A DNA stretch of 58,163 bases, filler included, from Sphacelaria rigidula (GCA_964200075.2; 9 parts of 9 records of this genome joined end to end with filler, not necessarily neighbours in it); one strand, 5' to 3'. Positions 24,035 through 36,376 are shown, numbered from the whole stretch's first letter. The notes: a model not told the origin generated them from the letters alone. Numbers and translations are program-made.

Positions 24035-24487
24035 AGTGTGTATATGCTGAAATTCTCAGTGTGTGTTCGACAGGCTTGCACAGGCACAGGATGGGACACA
24101 AACCGCTACCGCACGCTTATGTTCCCGCCTCCCCCCGCCCCCCCCCTCCTCTTCACTTGCTTGCATTCCATCCGTTGCGACTGTGATCCATCATCTGAGA
24201 GCGTGTCTTTGCACATAATTTTTCGATCGAAACCGTGCGGTGAGAAACGAAAACTCCGATATGGCAGGTCGTAATTTCAACCATCGTACTCTATTCTGAA
24301 GATGTTTCAAATCACGACCTATCAGATCGGAATGTTGAATTTCCACCGCAATTTTTCGATCGAGAAATGATGTGCTAGGACACGGCCTGATATCGGGCAC
24401 AAAAGATTCAGCAAGCTTCCGCGAACTACTATTCGTAGCTGCTCGGCGTATGGACCTTTTCCAGCAACGAAAACGTTGATCGTAATA

Positions 24488-24696
24488 GAGGTATCTCAAA
24501 CTCGTCTCCCGGTATTCTGGTTCATTCCCTGGCCCTGAGTTGTGTAGTGTTTTTTCAAGTGAGCGTGATCGCGATTCATGAGAGGACCTGACCTGGCAGT
24601 CACACGGTCTCATCATCTGATGAATCCGCATCACTTTCACTTGGAAGAATAAAACAAAACAAACCAGGATACCGGGAGCCGAGTTTGAGATACCTC
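24488..24696. mobile_element. 209-bp MITE with TA TSD (Tc1/mariner-type)
   Basis: TA|GAGGTATCTCAAACTCG...CGAGTTTGAGATACCTC|TA; ~35-bp TIRs; two more copies at 27228-27647. Confidence 0.85.
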
Positions 24697-25530
24697 TAAT
24701 AAGGAGGGCCGTGGTTGGGTGTGTGGCTGTCGAGGTTTTCATCGCGGGCACATGTTTTCTGCCGTGCAGTGTGCTGTTGTTCTTGGGCCCTGCACATCTT
24801 CATCGCTCAATAAAATGAAATAAAAATGCAAGCGCGTGCCGGGTAGAGGCTAGTTAACCGGCGTTGGGCTACAAATGTCCATGATTGATACATTTTACAA
24901 GTATCGCTACCCCTAACCCTGACACCATCCCAACGCATCCCGAGAACCCTCGGGCAAGGGCGGTGCATAGCATTACACTCCTATGCAAAGTGCGGCCTTG
25001 GTAGACCCCAAATCGGCGCCTGTAGCGCCGATTTCAACGAAAACGCCTTCTGCGCACGCGAGGAGCACACGGGACTGTCAGCCCCACTAAAGATCCGATT
25101 CCCGTTGTACACACTAGAATCACGTTATGCGTCAACCATGAACATTTGTAGCCCAATGCCAGTTAACTTTACTGGTGGGGTGGGGCATACTCGATATTTG
25201 GGTATTTTGAAAAGTGGAGACCCGACCCATGTCCGCAGTAGCAGCAGCCAGCCTGCTGCTGTTGTTCCCCTCTCCAAAGCCCGCATAAGCCACTGTGACT
25301 GACCTGGGCAGGTGATGTGTGACTTTTCAGCAGCCCAAAAATATCGGGTATACCCGATATTGCCCGACACGCCCTTGAAAAGCTGTCCCCTCTTTTCACC
25401 CTTGATATAATATTTGGTCCACGGGGTCAAGGCTTGGCTTGGTTTCTGTGAGTCGCGACACGCGGTGACTACTCTCATCTTCTCATCTTTCCACGTACAC
25501 ACACACGAACCCCCCCCCCACCCTCCCCCC

Positions 25531-25718
25531 TGGTGGCCACAGACGGCGAAACAGGACAGGAATAAGGTATGTAAGGTTTTTTTGTGTCATGTATGGGAGA
25601 AACGTAATGAGCGCCGGAATGTTGAAGATGGCTCTATTAGGAGTAGGAACGGTGCTCCGTCTCGAAAGGGGTGCGTGGTCAATGGTCAACCGACTAAGGC
25701 AAGCAACAAATGAGTACG
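25531..25718 (+). mobile_element. Non-LTR retroelement ORF2 C-terminus, family A
   Basis: WWPQTAKQDRNKVCKVFLCHVWEKRNERRNVEDGSIRSRNGAPSRKGCVVNGQPTKASNK*; the stop is the TGA of TGAGTACG; poly-C on both sides. Confidence 0.8.
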
Positions 25719-25754
<36 letters not shown>

Positions 25755-25796
25755 TCCCCTAGCCCGCTCCGCCCCCACCCCCCCCCGCCCCCCGCC

Positions 25797-25896
25797 NNNN
25801 NNNNNNNNNNNNNNNNNNNNNNNNNNNNNNNNNNNNNNNNTTAATTAATTAANNNNNNNNNNNNNNNNNNNNNNNNNNNNNNNNNNNNNNNNNNNN
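25797..25896. other. Artificial contig spacer
   Basis: Same 100-nt linker. Confidence 0.98.
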
Positions 25897-25941
25897 GAGG
25901 TCAATGTTCTTATGACTATGGCATGTATGATCATGAGTACA
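25897..25941 (+). mobile_element. Non-LTR retroelement 3' end, family B (contig start)
   Basis: GAGGTCAATGTTCTTATGACTATGGCATGTATGATCATGAGTACA followed by C-rich sequence. Confidence 0.65.
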
Positions 25942-26204
25942 CCCCTTTCCCCCCACGCGGCCAGTTGGCTATCCCCAAAATTCCTCCAGGGCGGTCAACT
26001 CTCGACCCTCTGGAGGAATGAAATGCCTCCGGACGGGTGCGCGGCCCTCCAGAGGAGAAAAATTTGTGGGTCCTCTAGAGGGATGAAACGCCCCCGGAGG
26101 CTCGTCTCTGCCTCTCGAGGGCCGCGCATCCCTGCGGAGGCATTTTGGGGGATAGCCAAATGGCCTCGTGTGCCCTGAGGGTATTTTTCTTTTCGGGCAT
26201 GGGG

Positions 26205-26243
26205 CTAGGGCTAGGGTTAGGGTTAGGGTCAGGGTCAGGGTTA
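26205..26243 (+). repeat. Short degenerate interstitial TTAGGG-type array
   Basis: CTAGGG CTAGGG TTAGGG TTAGGG TCAGGG TCAGGG TTA, between direct copies of GGAGGCATTTTGGGG..AGCCAAATGGCC.CGTGTGCCCTGAGGG (~26136 and ~26470). Confidence 0.7.
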
Positions 26244-27227
26244 TTACCTTTCACGTAGCCAATTTTTCACTCCGTGTGTGCTCTTCTTTGCCTCCATCAC
26301 TGGCGTGTGCTTTCAGCTTCACGTCGATATCCCACTTGAGGATATCAAGGGTCTCAGTGGCAAGCGAGTGCAGAGAGCATATGGGGCCTCGTGGAGGGGC
26401 ATTTCGGAACTGAAACGATTCATTTACTAATTAACCGCTCTTCACTTTGAACTGTACCCTCTACTCTCCGGAGGCATTTTGGGGAGTAGCCAAATGGCCG
26501 CGTGTGCCCTGAGGGATCCAAAAAATTAAAGGGCACATGGGCGTGCGGCATTTTTCTTTTCGGCTGTCTCGCACATTGGCCCACACCCCCTGTCAGAACG
26601 ATCACCCCGCCGCCCCCTGGAAACCTCGGATGTCCCTGGACTGTCAGCCTGTGAAACTGCTCTGAGGAGTGTAATGGATAAAGTTCCAGATGTCACATCG
26701 TTTTTATCAAAACCAAGTCGGGAGAACTTCACCCCACCAAGCGGTCATCTCTACTCTACCAAAGAGCCACGAAACTGACTCTCTGCCCTCACGTTCTATT
26801 ATTATTGCTCTCTGTCCGTCGACGCAAATTGTTCGCCGGGCAAATTGTGCTTTGCAAGACTTCACTGAGAAAAGAGCGCGTTCTGCACAAGCTAGAAGGG
26901 CAGCCCCCAATAACCCTTACGCATCGACCCCCCGCAGGTGGACTGAGATGAACGAATTCACATTTGGGTTTATCACAGCTTTCTTCTCGCTCAAGAAAAC
27001 CTCCGTTTCATGAAGATGTGGATGTTATTTGGCATATATCACAAAAAATAGTCACGGAGAACCCCTGACCGGTTTTGACCCCGCAGTCAAGTGCGTGCAG
27101 AGTCAGCATGTATGTGTGCTCGATACCATATATGCTTGAATTGCCAGGACAGCCATGACAAAAAAAAAAGCAGCTAAGTAGGCCATCTGTAGTCCACCTG
27201 TTGGGGAGCAAAGTGATCATATTAGAA

Positions 27228-27647
27228 GGGGTATCTCAAACTCGGCTCCCGGTATCCTGGTTTATTCGCCGGCTCTGAGTTGTGTACTATTTTTTCAAGT
27301 GAAATTGATCGCGATTCATGGGAGGACCTGACCTGGCGGTCAAAGGGTCACATCATCTGATGAATCGGCATCACTTTCACTTGAGACAACAGAACAAAAC
27401 AAACCAGGATACCGGAAGCCGAGTGTGAGATACCTCTAGAGGTATCTCACACTCGACTCCCGGTATCCTAATTTATTCGCCGGCTCTGAGTTGTGTACTT
27501 TTTTTTCAAGTGAAAGTGATCGCGATTCATGAGAGGACCTGACCTGGCAGTCAAACAGTCTCATCATCTGATGAATCGGTATCACTTTCACTTGAAAAAA
27601 TAGAACAAAACAAACCAGGATACCGGGAGTCGAGTTTGAGATACCTC
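27228..27647. mobile_element. Head-to-tail dimer of the 209-bp TA-MITE sharing one TA
   Basis: Copies at 27228-27436 and 27439-27647; junction GAGATACCTC-TA-GAGGTATCTC. Confidence 0.85.
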
Positions 27648-28413
27648 TATTGACAGCCGATCAGAATGGCTGCTTCGCTCCTCACGAAGTTATATGCGCG
27701 TATGAACAGCAACAGCCTAGCAACAAAGAGGGAAATCGCGGCCCACTCCGACCACAAACGGCTGTGTGGCAAGGTGATGAGGACAATAATATCATCCAAA
27801 GCCAAAAGTGGCGGGCGATCCGCCGGTCGCCGCATCCTGTTGAAAGCTCTCTACGGCGACCCATACTGCTTGCTGTATCAGATGTACATTGTTACCTAAT
27901 GCGCACCCTGAACCTGAAAATAGATTGGGTGAAACTTTCGGTCTTCCTCATAACCCTGCGGTTACATATGCGGAGTTTCAGCGAGACATGAAGCCATAGT
28001 TTCGTGCGGACACCAGACACGTCATTCCTAACCAGCCTCATTGGTCGTTCTGGAGGCCCCATCCCAAAGGGGCAAATGTGCGACAATTATTCAAGCAAGC
28101 GATCATCTAACGTTCCCGACAACCTCACAATTTCTGATGACGGACACCGCAAGCAGCAAGGAAATGTGGTTTTGCGTGATGATTATGACCCGAGTTACTT
28201 GGGTGACCGTGGCCTTGATTGACAGACTCACCAAACGTATGTGCGTGTGGCGACCTGTACGGCATGTTTCCAGTTCTCGTGTGCATGTTATATGTATGAG
28301 GGCGTTCGCTTTTGTTCTTCGTTTCTTCTTGGTCGCGTCGTGCGCGGTTGTTGAGTTCAACGCTGTGGTTTTCGTCTTGCCCCTCACCCCCCCCATGTGT
28401 TGACAACCTACAG

Positions 28414-28537
28414 CGACGGCGGCTGCATACGAGCGAGTGGCGGAGGCCTACGGTATCTCCGAGAAACGCAGCGGTTACGGCTATGCCCGGCTTTTGCGGT
28501 ACGAGAGACGGCATCGCGCTCAGCAGCGAGCTATCAG
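28414..28537 (+). CDS. Putative exon of an unknown protein
   Basis: Pyrimidine tract/TGAC...CTACAG acceptor and AG|GTGAGG donor; open frame TAAAYERVAEAYGISEKRSGYGYARLLRYERRHRAQQRAI. Confidence 0.4.
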
Positions 28538-29583
28538 GTGAGGGAGAAGAGTCGAAATCGTCCACTTGCTGCGCCATGTAGTGCGCTAAGACCTCGTCTT
28601 ACTGAGACTTACGGTCACAATGAGTTCGTGAAGAAGAATGTTTGTGATCATGATGAACAGCCCACGCGTTGCAACCATGTTTTGTTCCCTTTCGCATCCT
28701 CTCGTTGGATTGTTCCTCCGTTCTCATGAGATTTTTTTTTACTGTGTATACCTTTTTTTGTGAGAACAAAGGAACAATCCGATGAGAGAATGCAAAAGGG
28801 AACTTGAAATGGTTGTCACGCGTGGGCTGTTCGTCATTCTCATTGACATTTTTTTTTTGTCAATACGGCGCCTAAGAAGGGGGCATTGATGATCCGAACA
28901 CGAACCCAGAGAAGTACGATTCTGATTTTGTTTCGCCCTTGCCGTCTGCAGTATGATGCACTCAAGATGGAAAACACTCCGATGAGACGGCCTCTTTTGA
29001 GATCCAAAAGAGAACGTCATGCAAAACGTTCGGGAGCCCGTTTCTAGAGAAGAGGTCCGGAAAGATTTTTTTGTTGCCCCTTTTGACAAAGAAGTGTCAT
29101 TGCCCCCTTGTCTCTCGCAGAGGAGCAAAGCGTTTCAGACCAGATCAAAGTTGGTCGGAAAAGGGGGTATATCCAACGTGATATCCCCAACAGACGCTGC
29201 AGTTAGTTGTACAATACAAGAAATGAGACGTACTAGCTTTTGGGCAGTACAAATACTACGACGTACAGCTGCAGCATACATTTTGCACGCTACATGTCCA
29301 GCACGTAGAGTGAGCAGAAGTAGTCTACTATACTGTACGGTACATGCAATGCAGCTGTACAGACTGTACAGAAGCCGTTTGCTTGCACAGCACAGACTGT
29401 GCAGCTGCGGCTGCGACTGCAGCAGTAAACAACTGTAGAGCCACCAGCCCTTGCATCCCCAACAGTGGCGTTCCTTATCCTCGATGGTAAAGGGCAGTTA
29501 TCTTGCTCTGACCGTTCCCGACACGGGTGTTGCGTGCCGACAATATGTCACCGAAAATGTTCAGATGAAAGACGGACGGAGGG

Positions 29584-29681
29584 GTACTCATGACCTTTCA
29601 TGCCGTAGTGATAGGACCATTGACCTCGTACCCCTAGAAAGCCGGGACGGAGAACCCGGGGGGTTTGCCAGACCAGGCTCT
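29584..29681 (-). mobile_element. Non-LTR retroelement 3' fragment, family B
   Basis: GTACTCATGACCTTTCATGCCGTAGTGATAGGACCATTGACCTCG; G-runs on both sides (C-runs on the element strand). Confidence 0.7.
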
Positions 29682-30188
29682 GGGGGGGGGGGGACCGAGG
29701 CTCTCCCAACCTCAGTTCATACTCACTCCAAGTAATATCCGGTCTCGCCTCGAAGATTACGTGAACCAAGCGTCGGACAAATAATGATATGCCTGGATTT
29801 ATTGCTAGCAGTGTAATTACTGCGTGCCGTGCGAACCAATCCATGGGCATTGCTGCCGGTGCTGCACTCCAGGCATTCGCACCCGAGGCACCTGGAAAAG
29901 CGAAAATTATGTCGAGACTTTTTTGACCCGTGGTCAACTCTCTGTGTCCTCTCCTGCGAGTAGTCAGGCCTCAATAATCGAAGATTTGGTAATGAGAACC
30001 AGCGATGATGCGTCTGACCATTGGGATTAGTTGCGACAAGTCGCATCATGCAGGCGGATGCCCCCATCTCGGTTCACGACCTCGCCGCAATATCTCGAGA
30101 GTAATGATGAAATGATTTGGAAAAAAAATGACCGAGGAAAGTTTCCGGGGATCGTTTCCTTTTTTTTCCCCTTCGGGCCCAAGAAAAC

Positions 30189-30327
30189 TACACCCTGGAC
30201 AAAAAAATCAGTTTTCAGAAAAATTTACCGAGTACAGTATACAATCCATTGTCTGTTGCGATAGCCGCAACAATCGATATTGTATGCAGTACACTTTTTG
30301 ACTATCCTATTTATTGTTCAGGGTATG
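30189..30327. mobile_element. Short palindromic MITE (same family as 2701-2838)
   Basis: TACACCCTGGAC...TTGTTCAGGGTATG. Confidence 0.65.
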
Positions 30328-30630
30328 AAGAAAATGGCTTGCAACAGTCCATATACCTACCTTCAGCCCTTTTTTTTTTCTCTTATTATTATAGTTCGGT
30401 ACATACATCAGCCCACATGGGTGCGCACTTGGTTTAAATGTTTGACATTTCTGTCCCAACGATTCAAGTTGTAAGATACGTGGGGTTGGGCATTTGCGGC
30501 CGCATGCGTACTATTAATATTTGAGGTTACCTGCGCGGGTCCAGAGAAGATGACTGAGCTGAAGTACTTATCCCTAGTGATGATGAACAGGAGATCAAGC
30601 CTTGAATTTTCCTTGCCCCCCCCCCGTCCA

Positions 30631-30663
30631 TCAAACGACTAAGGCAAGCAACAAATGAGTACG
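30631..30663 (+). mobile_element. Very short family A 3' end
   Basis: TCAAACGACTAAGGCAAGCAACAAATGAGTACG between C-runs. Confidence 0.7.
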
Positions 30664-30722
30664 CCCCCCCACCCCACCCCACCCCCCCGTCTCTTGCATG
30701 GCTGCCGTAAAAACATGCATAG

Positions 30723-30820
30723 AGCGAAAGATCTGGAGTCGTCCAAGAGGAGGAAGAAAAAGGACGGCAAAAAACCTCCGATGGAACACGATGGCCTTGA
30801 GGGTGATGCCAACGGCTCCG
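30723..30820 (+). CDS. Putative exon with a basic, NLS-like KRRKKK stretch
   Basis: TAG acceptor and G|GTATGA donor; AKDLESSKRRKKKDGKKPPMEHDGLEGDANGS; phase compatible with 28414-28537. Confidence 0.3.
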
Positions 30821-32270
30821 GTATGAGGGGCGCTGATCGTGAGAAAAGGCGATGTATCTCGAGATATATGTGTGTGTTTTCAAACATGCGGTCCAGTGCT
30901 CTCTGGTGGAAGCGAAAACGTATCTGTCTCTTTCGTGGGTTGCCCAGTACGGAAACAACCTTGATCGTTTCATGCTTGAGTATTTGTGTGGTTCTGGCTC
31001 GGCGAGAGAATTCGTCGCAGTTTTTGTCGCGAAGCAGGAGCCGCGTAGACATGAGTACCAGGTGACTGTAGCGCGGTGTAGCAATGGCAGAACGCGTCCT
31101 TCGAAGCACTATATATATATATATATATAAAAATGTAGTACAAAGTACACACGCACAGCCTGGCCGGGACATCGTTATCCCGCCTCTAGTGTAGGAACCA
31201 ATTGCGGTTTGAACCGTAGTGTGTATGTTTTACTCACAAGCACCTCAGTTCGAGATTTTCATCTTGGGGCTATACTGTTATGGGTGCGCCTGACCCCCCA
31301 AAATGAGCCAAAAAAGTGTCACCGACCAAAAGCACGAACAGACCGGAGATGTCGTTCATCCCCTGATTATGCACGCCGTAAAATCCCCCCAAGTACTTGT
31401 CATTTGAGCGGGGTTTCCACTTGACGATTTCCCATTTTCGTTGTCCCGGGCTACAAACCACGGCGTACCTAGGCCACTCACCGGCGTGTATGTGTCCAAG
31501 CTACAAAAGATTGTAGAACCAAAGGAGTTATGGTGATCGAGAAAATCGCAAAAAACCCATTGTTTTTTTCACTTGATTTGTTATAAAACCCGAATCCCGA
31601 TGAGATAAAAAAAAATTGTTAACCGAGTTTTCAGCTGCCGTCTTGGCGCAGATGATGCAAAAAATTGCATCCCAATCGATGGCCTTGACGATGAGTAATT
31701 GGGGCAACCGTGTGGGCTACGGGCGCAATCGAGCACCTCCAACCCTCGTCGGTTTTCACGACATGCGAACACGTCACCCCCGTCCGACGGCCTCAGAATA
31801 GATTACACTCATGGATGACTCTTGATACTGCAGATGGTTGATACATCACATGTGTGGAATGTTCGGCAGGTAGGTGTAGAATTGAACCTTTGACCAAACC
31901 CCTAGAGGCTTCTGCGTGTGCGGATATTTACCCCCACATCTGTGCATCGCTTGTGATAGTGGCAAGAGTAGCGCTCGTTCTCCTGCACCCGGTGCCATCA
32001 CCACGCCACCGTCGATAGCGTAGCTTTGTATCTCATCTCACCTGGCGGCAAGTGTGGACAAACTCTGAACTGACGGAGAAAAGAAAGCCACAGAGAATGG
32101 TAGAGGCACAGCTCCCATGAAAAGATCCGGATTTCGGTGTTCACAATAATATCAAGATGGATCAACCAGTCCTCCCCAATGGTCAACTATACTGCGTCAA
32201 GGCGACACAGAAGACAGCATAAAGTCGTCAGCCCACTTTTGCTGAAGCCACATGGCACCGGAGCCCCATT

Positions 32271-32370
32271 NNNNNNNNNNNNNNNNNNNNNNNNNNNNNN
32301 NNNNNNNNNNNNNNTTAATTAATTAANNNNNNNNNNNNNNNNNNNNNNNNNNNNNNNNNNNNNNNNNNNN
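32271..32370. other. Artificial contig spacer
   Basis: Same 100-nt linker. Confidence 0.98.
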
Positions 32371-32599
32371 ACTGGGGTCCGAAAAATCAATCCACGGGAG
32401 AAAATCGCCTGTAGACGGGCTGAAATCCTCCTATTTGTAAAAATCGGGACTCGTTGCCATGAAAGTGGGTCTGATGAAAGAAAAAGAAATCGACTTGAAC
32501 GACTTGGTGCAGCGGAATTGAATCAGCTCGTATCTGATACGTCCACGGCGTTCATGTTTCTGGCATACTGAAAATGAACCGGGAACAGAATGTACTTGA

Positions 32600-33960
32600 T
32601 GAAATTAGAGGGCGACGGCCGCATCACGAGTCAGACTTGCCACACACAAACAAGGTAGCTCAAAGCGAATTGAAAGAAGCGCGACTATAGCCGAGCGTTC
32701 AAACTCGGCACTCACCCAACATTGAGAACCCTTCCGAAATCAGGCGGAGGGCTTGAACATGGCACATGTCCTGTTTCCTATAGTGCAGCAAAAACACTCT
32801 CACGCCCTCTCATGTGTTGGAACTTTCATTGTCTGTAATGACCCTAGTGTGTTGGCGCATTGCGAAGACGGTTTGGATTACAATACATGATCCAAGCATG
32901 AGCTGCTATATCGTCGTTGTGTTCGTCTCCCCAGAAAAATATGTTGGTCGGCACCACGCAGTGCTGGCTGCACACTGTTGAAAGGTTAATGGTGTGTTGG
33001 CTGTCTCGTCTTCCGTAAAACGATCAAGGCGCTGTCCGCTGCTGCGACACTCCTGCTGGTGCTGTGCGTCTGGGCTGTGTACTGTACTGTACTCCTGTAT
33101 TGTGTTCAGTGTACTGTACTGTACCATGTACACCGAATACGTTATGGTCTTGAAACATTTGAGTGCGGGCGTCATAACCCGTGAGATTCGACCGCACGAA
33201 CACTAGGTTTTAGACTACTCCTGGCAATTCCTGAGTAAATTTGAGCGATCTGATTGGTGTTTACCAAGTAAATCTGTCACGCTCCAAACGCAGTTTCCCT
33301 TGTCTCTCAGATGGCTTCGAGTCCATTTCATGAGTATTGGCGCGCGACAGGCAGAGTGAAAAACAGAACAGCTTCGCTCTCCGATCTTGCAGACCGCCAC
33401 GCTGGATACCACCGTTTTGCAGAAAAACGCAAACCTCACAAAGTTTTCTCAACAACCCAATGCAAGCCGTAGCTTGAAGAAATATTACACAACATGGCAG
33501 GAGATGCAGCATCTTGGTCTGATCGATTCGCGGAACATTACTGCGTGATGTTCGTGTACACACTGAAAAATTGCTGATGGTTTGATTCCTTGGATTCACA
33601 GTTTCTCGTCAACATGTTGGCTGAAGTTATAGAATCAAGGTGTCGGTGCCATTTTCCAGCGGTCAAAAAGCAAACTGAGCGTACGAAAGACGGGGACAAA
33701 TGGGCTGGAATCTTGTGGGGGAGTACAGGAAGTATTCCTGAGGTGGGATAGTCCGCCAATTCCCCGTTGCGGCGAATAGCCACAGTAGACATTTTGCTGA
33801 CGAATCGCCACGAGACATTTTGCCGAGAGTTTTTTTTCTTTCTCCTCACACCTAGAAGGAGCGGACTTACAGCACCAAACCTGAGATCGCCACCATGGAC
33901 GATTTTCATTACCCTAAAATTGTACAGCATCGTTCTTAGCTCTGCGGACACCGGATTCCA
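32600..33960 (-). pseudogene. Highly decayed Ty3/Gypsy RT-RNase H remnant
   Basis: PQDSSPFVPVFRTLSLLFDRWKMAP, HLRDKGNCVW, AWCRPTYFSGET and HVQALRLI occur in RT to RNase H order and resemble PLTAFCTPxGLFEW.xMP, LLRKGVKF, RPIAYISRAT and DHKAL; by-eye match only. Confidence 0.35.
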
Positions 33961-35174
33961 GAGATCGAGGCCAAAACGACCGTCGGGTACTGAGGAGTGG
34001 TTGACTAACTAACTGATTGATTGTGGCACGCTGACTGATCCACCACGAGCCCAGACATGTGACTGACGGAAATACGGTGTGTAGGCGGAAATATTGGCTG
34101 AAGGAAGCTCTATAATGGCTAGAGAGAGAAAAGAATGAAGTGAGAAAGCAATGGTGGGGAAAAGAGAGCTGAGAATTAGTACCGTTTCTTGATAACCAAC
34201 TACCCTGATGCAGAGGGGGCCGTGATCGCATGGGGCTTCAAGTAGAAAGGCTGAACATGAAGTAGCAAGGCCATGGAAGCAGGTTGCGACTTGGCTGTCT
34301 GAAGACCGCAGCAGTATTTGAGCAGGAAACTCTATTTTTCTCTCTCACCTGCCAAACCTGCAGAAGTCAGGAAAACACGAACACTGATGCCCTAGGCACA
34401 CGGTGTAAACGGGAAAAGAATAAACAAAGACGGAAAGCTTCCGCTACCCCCCTTTGCAGGACAAGGGGTGGGTACGGGAGTAGTGAGACGAACCAGGGTT
34501 ATGATCCAAACCTTAGTCTCGTGGTGGAGGAGACGGTGTGTTCTTGATCTTCCATGCCGTACTGATGAAGACGATTGACCTCGCATCCTTACACAGCCGG
34601 AGCGGAGTCCGCGGTGAGGAGGCGTTGGTGCAGTCACAGTGTAAAGTGTGTGCGAGAACCTTTGCATGTCTGTGGGTAAAAAAGATTCCAAAACATTGTA
34701 TACTAAATTTGTTCTCCACGTTTTCGTGCTTCCCCGTCCCTGTTACAGAATGAGGGTCAAGTACAAAAGTGGTGAAACGAAGCAGGGTCATTGTCCAAAT
34801 CACAGTCTCGCGAGGAGGGCAAGGAGTTAGTGATCGATGCCGTTACAATAATATAATGTATCTGTAAGACAACATGACACGTGACACACGTCTGTGTGTA
34901 GAAACGAATACGGTTGGTGTGCTGAGTGAACTATTCTACTACCTTCTGCTTCGCTCTTTCTTTTATTTATTTTTAATGGGCGACAGCTTCTATATATCGA
35001 GATCTGTAATCAATATTTCAATACCATCAATGAACAGTCACAAAACCTACAGTGTTCCAGAGGAACAAGTACGAGAGGCCACCGAGTAACATGAAATCTG
35101 CAAATAGTCACTCTTACCGACACATTACCTCTGTATCGTATACATACCCCACCTCCCCCCGCCACCGCCCCACT

Positions 35175-35207
35175 CTCATGACTACGGCGTGAAAGATGAT
35201 GAGTACA
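35175..35207 (+). mobile_element. Very short family B 3' end
   Basis: CTCATGACTACGGCGTGAAAGATGATGAGTACA between C-rich tracts. Confidence 0.65.
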
Positions 35208-35349
35208 CCCCCCCTGCCCCGCCCCGCCCCCCGTGCCCGCGCACGCTTCCCGCTCTCGTCGCGGAACGACCCTCTTTCTTGTAATGGAACGGGTTGCCCT
35301 CGTCATATTGTTCCGTTTCGCGTCTGAAGATCCCTTTCGTCGCGAACAG

Positions 35350-35499
35350 ACCGGACGTTCAGGATGCCGTGAACGCGGCCCACGAGCGGCTGGGCATGGT
35401 GTCCGGCTATTTGAGAGACGTTGTGCGGGAGACGCTGAAGTTCAGGACGGCTGGGATAGCCATGGCGAAGGCTTCGGACGAGCTCGCCTCGTACCTCAT
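35350..35499 (+). CDS. Internal exon, probable BAR-type coiled-coil domain
   Basis: AACAG acceptor and AT|GTGAGA donor; 150 nt; PDVQDAVNAAHERLGMVSGYLRDVVRETLKFRTAGIAMAKASDELASYL is amphipathic-helical and resembles the first helix of BAR-PH GAP proteins. Confidence 0.55.
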
Positions 35500-35545
35500 G
35501 TGAGAGGGTGTCCTACTATATATACGAGTTGGTGATGGACAATGG

Positions 35546-35777
35546 CAAGGTTGTGTCCTGTAGGGTGTACCGACTGAAGTTTGGGTATTTACAGAAATTC
35601 AAGAGGTTATTTCATCGGTAGATACCCCTCCGGATCATACCTGATTGTTCGGAACAAAGCTCTATACCCTTCCGAACCGTACCGGAATGTTCGCTACACA
35701 TCTCGATATGGTTTAGTAGGGCAATCGAACCTTCTCCCCCCCACGTCAGGGTATATACAGTACAGAACGCAACCGTG
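35546..35777. mobile_element. Decayed CAAGG-type MITE related to 14006-15800
   Basis: CAAGGTTGTGTCCTGTA...TACAGAACGCAACCGTG; flanks GACAATGG / GGAAATGG. Confidence 0.6.
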
Positions 35778-35927
35778 GGAAATGGCACATATATGTGTCT
35801 GGCATAGCTGCACGACTGAGGTTCAGTGTGCGTGAAGCTTTCGTGATGCAGTGCTTGTTGTATTGTACGTTGCACGGTAATTGTTGTCCATGGTGCATTG
35901 TATTTCCCTATCCAACTGTGTCTGGGT

Positions 35928-36165
35928 ACACAAAATTCGACACCACGGTCGATGAGGGAAGGAGACCGCCGAACTCTTAGTCGGGATCAAAACATGAGGC
36001 AAACGCCGCAGAAGGAAGGTGGAGTACCAAGAAAAAATAAGAAAAAACTACTGTGTTGGCCTTCCTCCTTTCTGTGACCCCCGGCTGATGCGCCCACGTA
36101 TACCGAAAGGTGTAGACTGGCGTCCAAAATAGATGAGATGACGACACATATACAACACAACAAAA
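35928..36165 (+). mobile_element. SINE family 1, 5'-truncated
   Basis: AAATTCGAC..CACGGTCGA.GAGGGAA...CGCAGAAGGAAGGTGGAGTAC...GCGCCCAC.T.TACCGAA, shared with 50545-50892. Confidence 0.7.
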
Positions 36166-36376
36166 ACCATAAAAAATGAGAACCTGAGATTGTTGTACAC
36201 TCGAAAAAAGCTGATCGGCAGACGGAAAAATCCAGGAAGGACGAGAAAGAGTGATGTAAAAAAAAAATTGCACCGCGAGGGCAGGCGATCTGTTGAATTA
36301 ACGCCCGTCGTCTTAGTTTTTAGGTGTGAAAGATGCCATTTCAATTAACCGCCTACCCTCACGGGGTAAGTGTTAA

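Noticed and set aside
27650..28075. Transposase-like coding fragment, partly shared with 19423-19510
   Set aside because: The ~85-bp shared repeat is real, but no protein family could be recognised.
31998..32270. Retroviral-type aspartic protease remnant (TIGEDWL)
   Set aside because: A single short motif at a contig end; not enough support.
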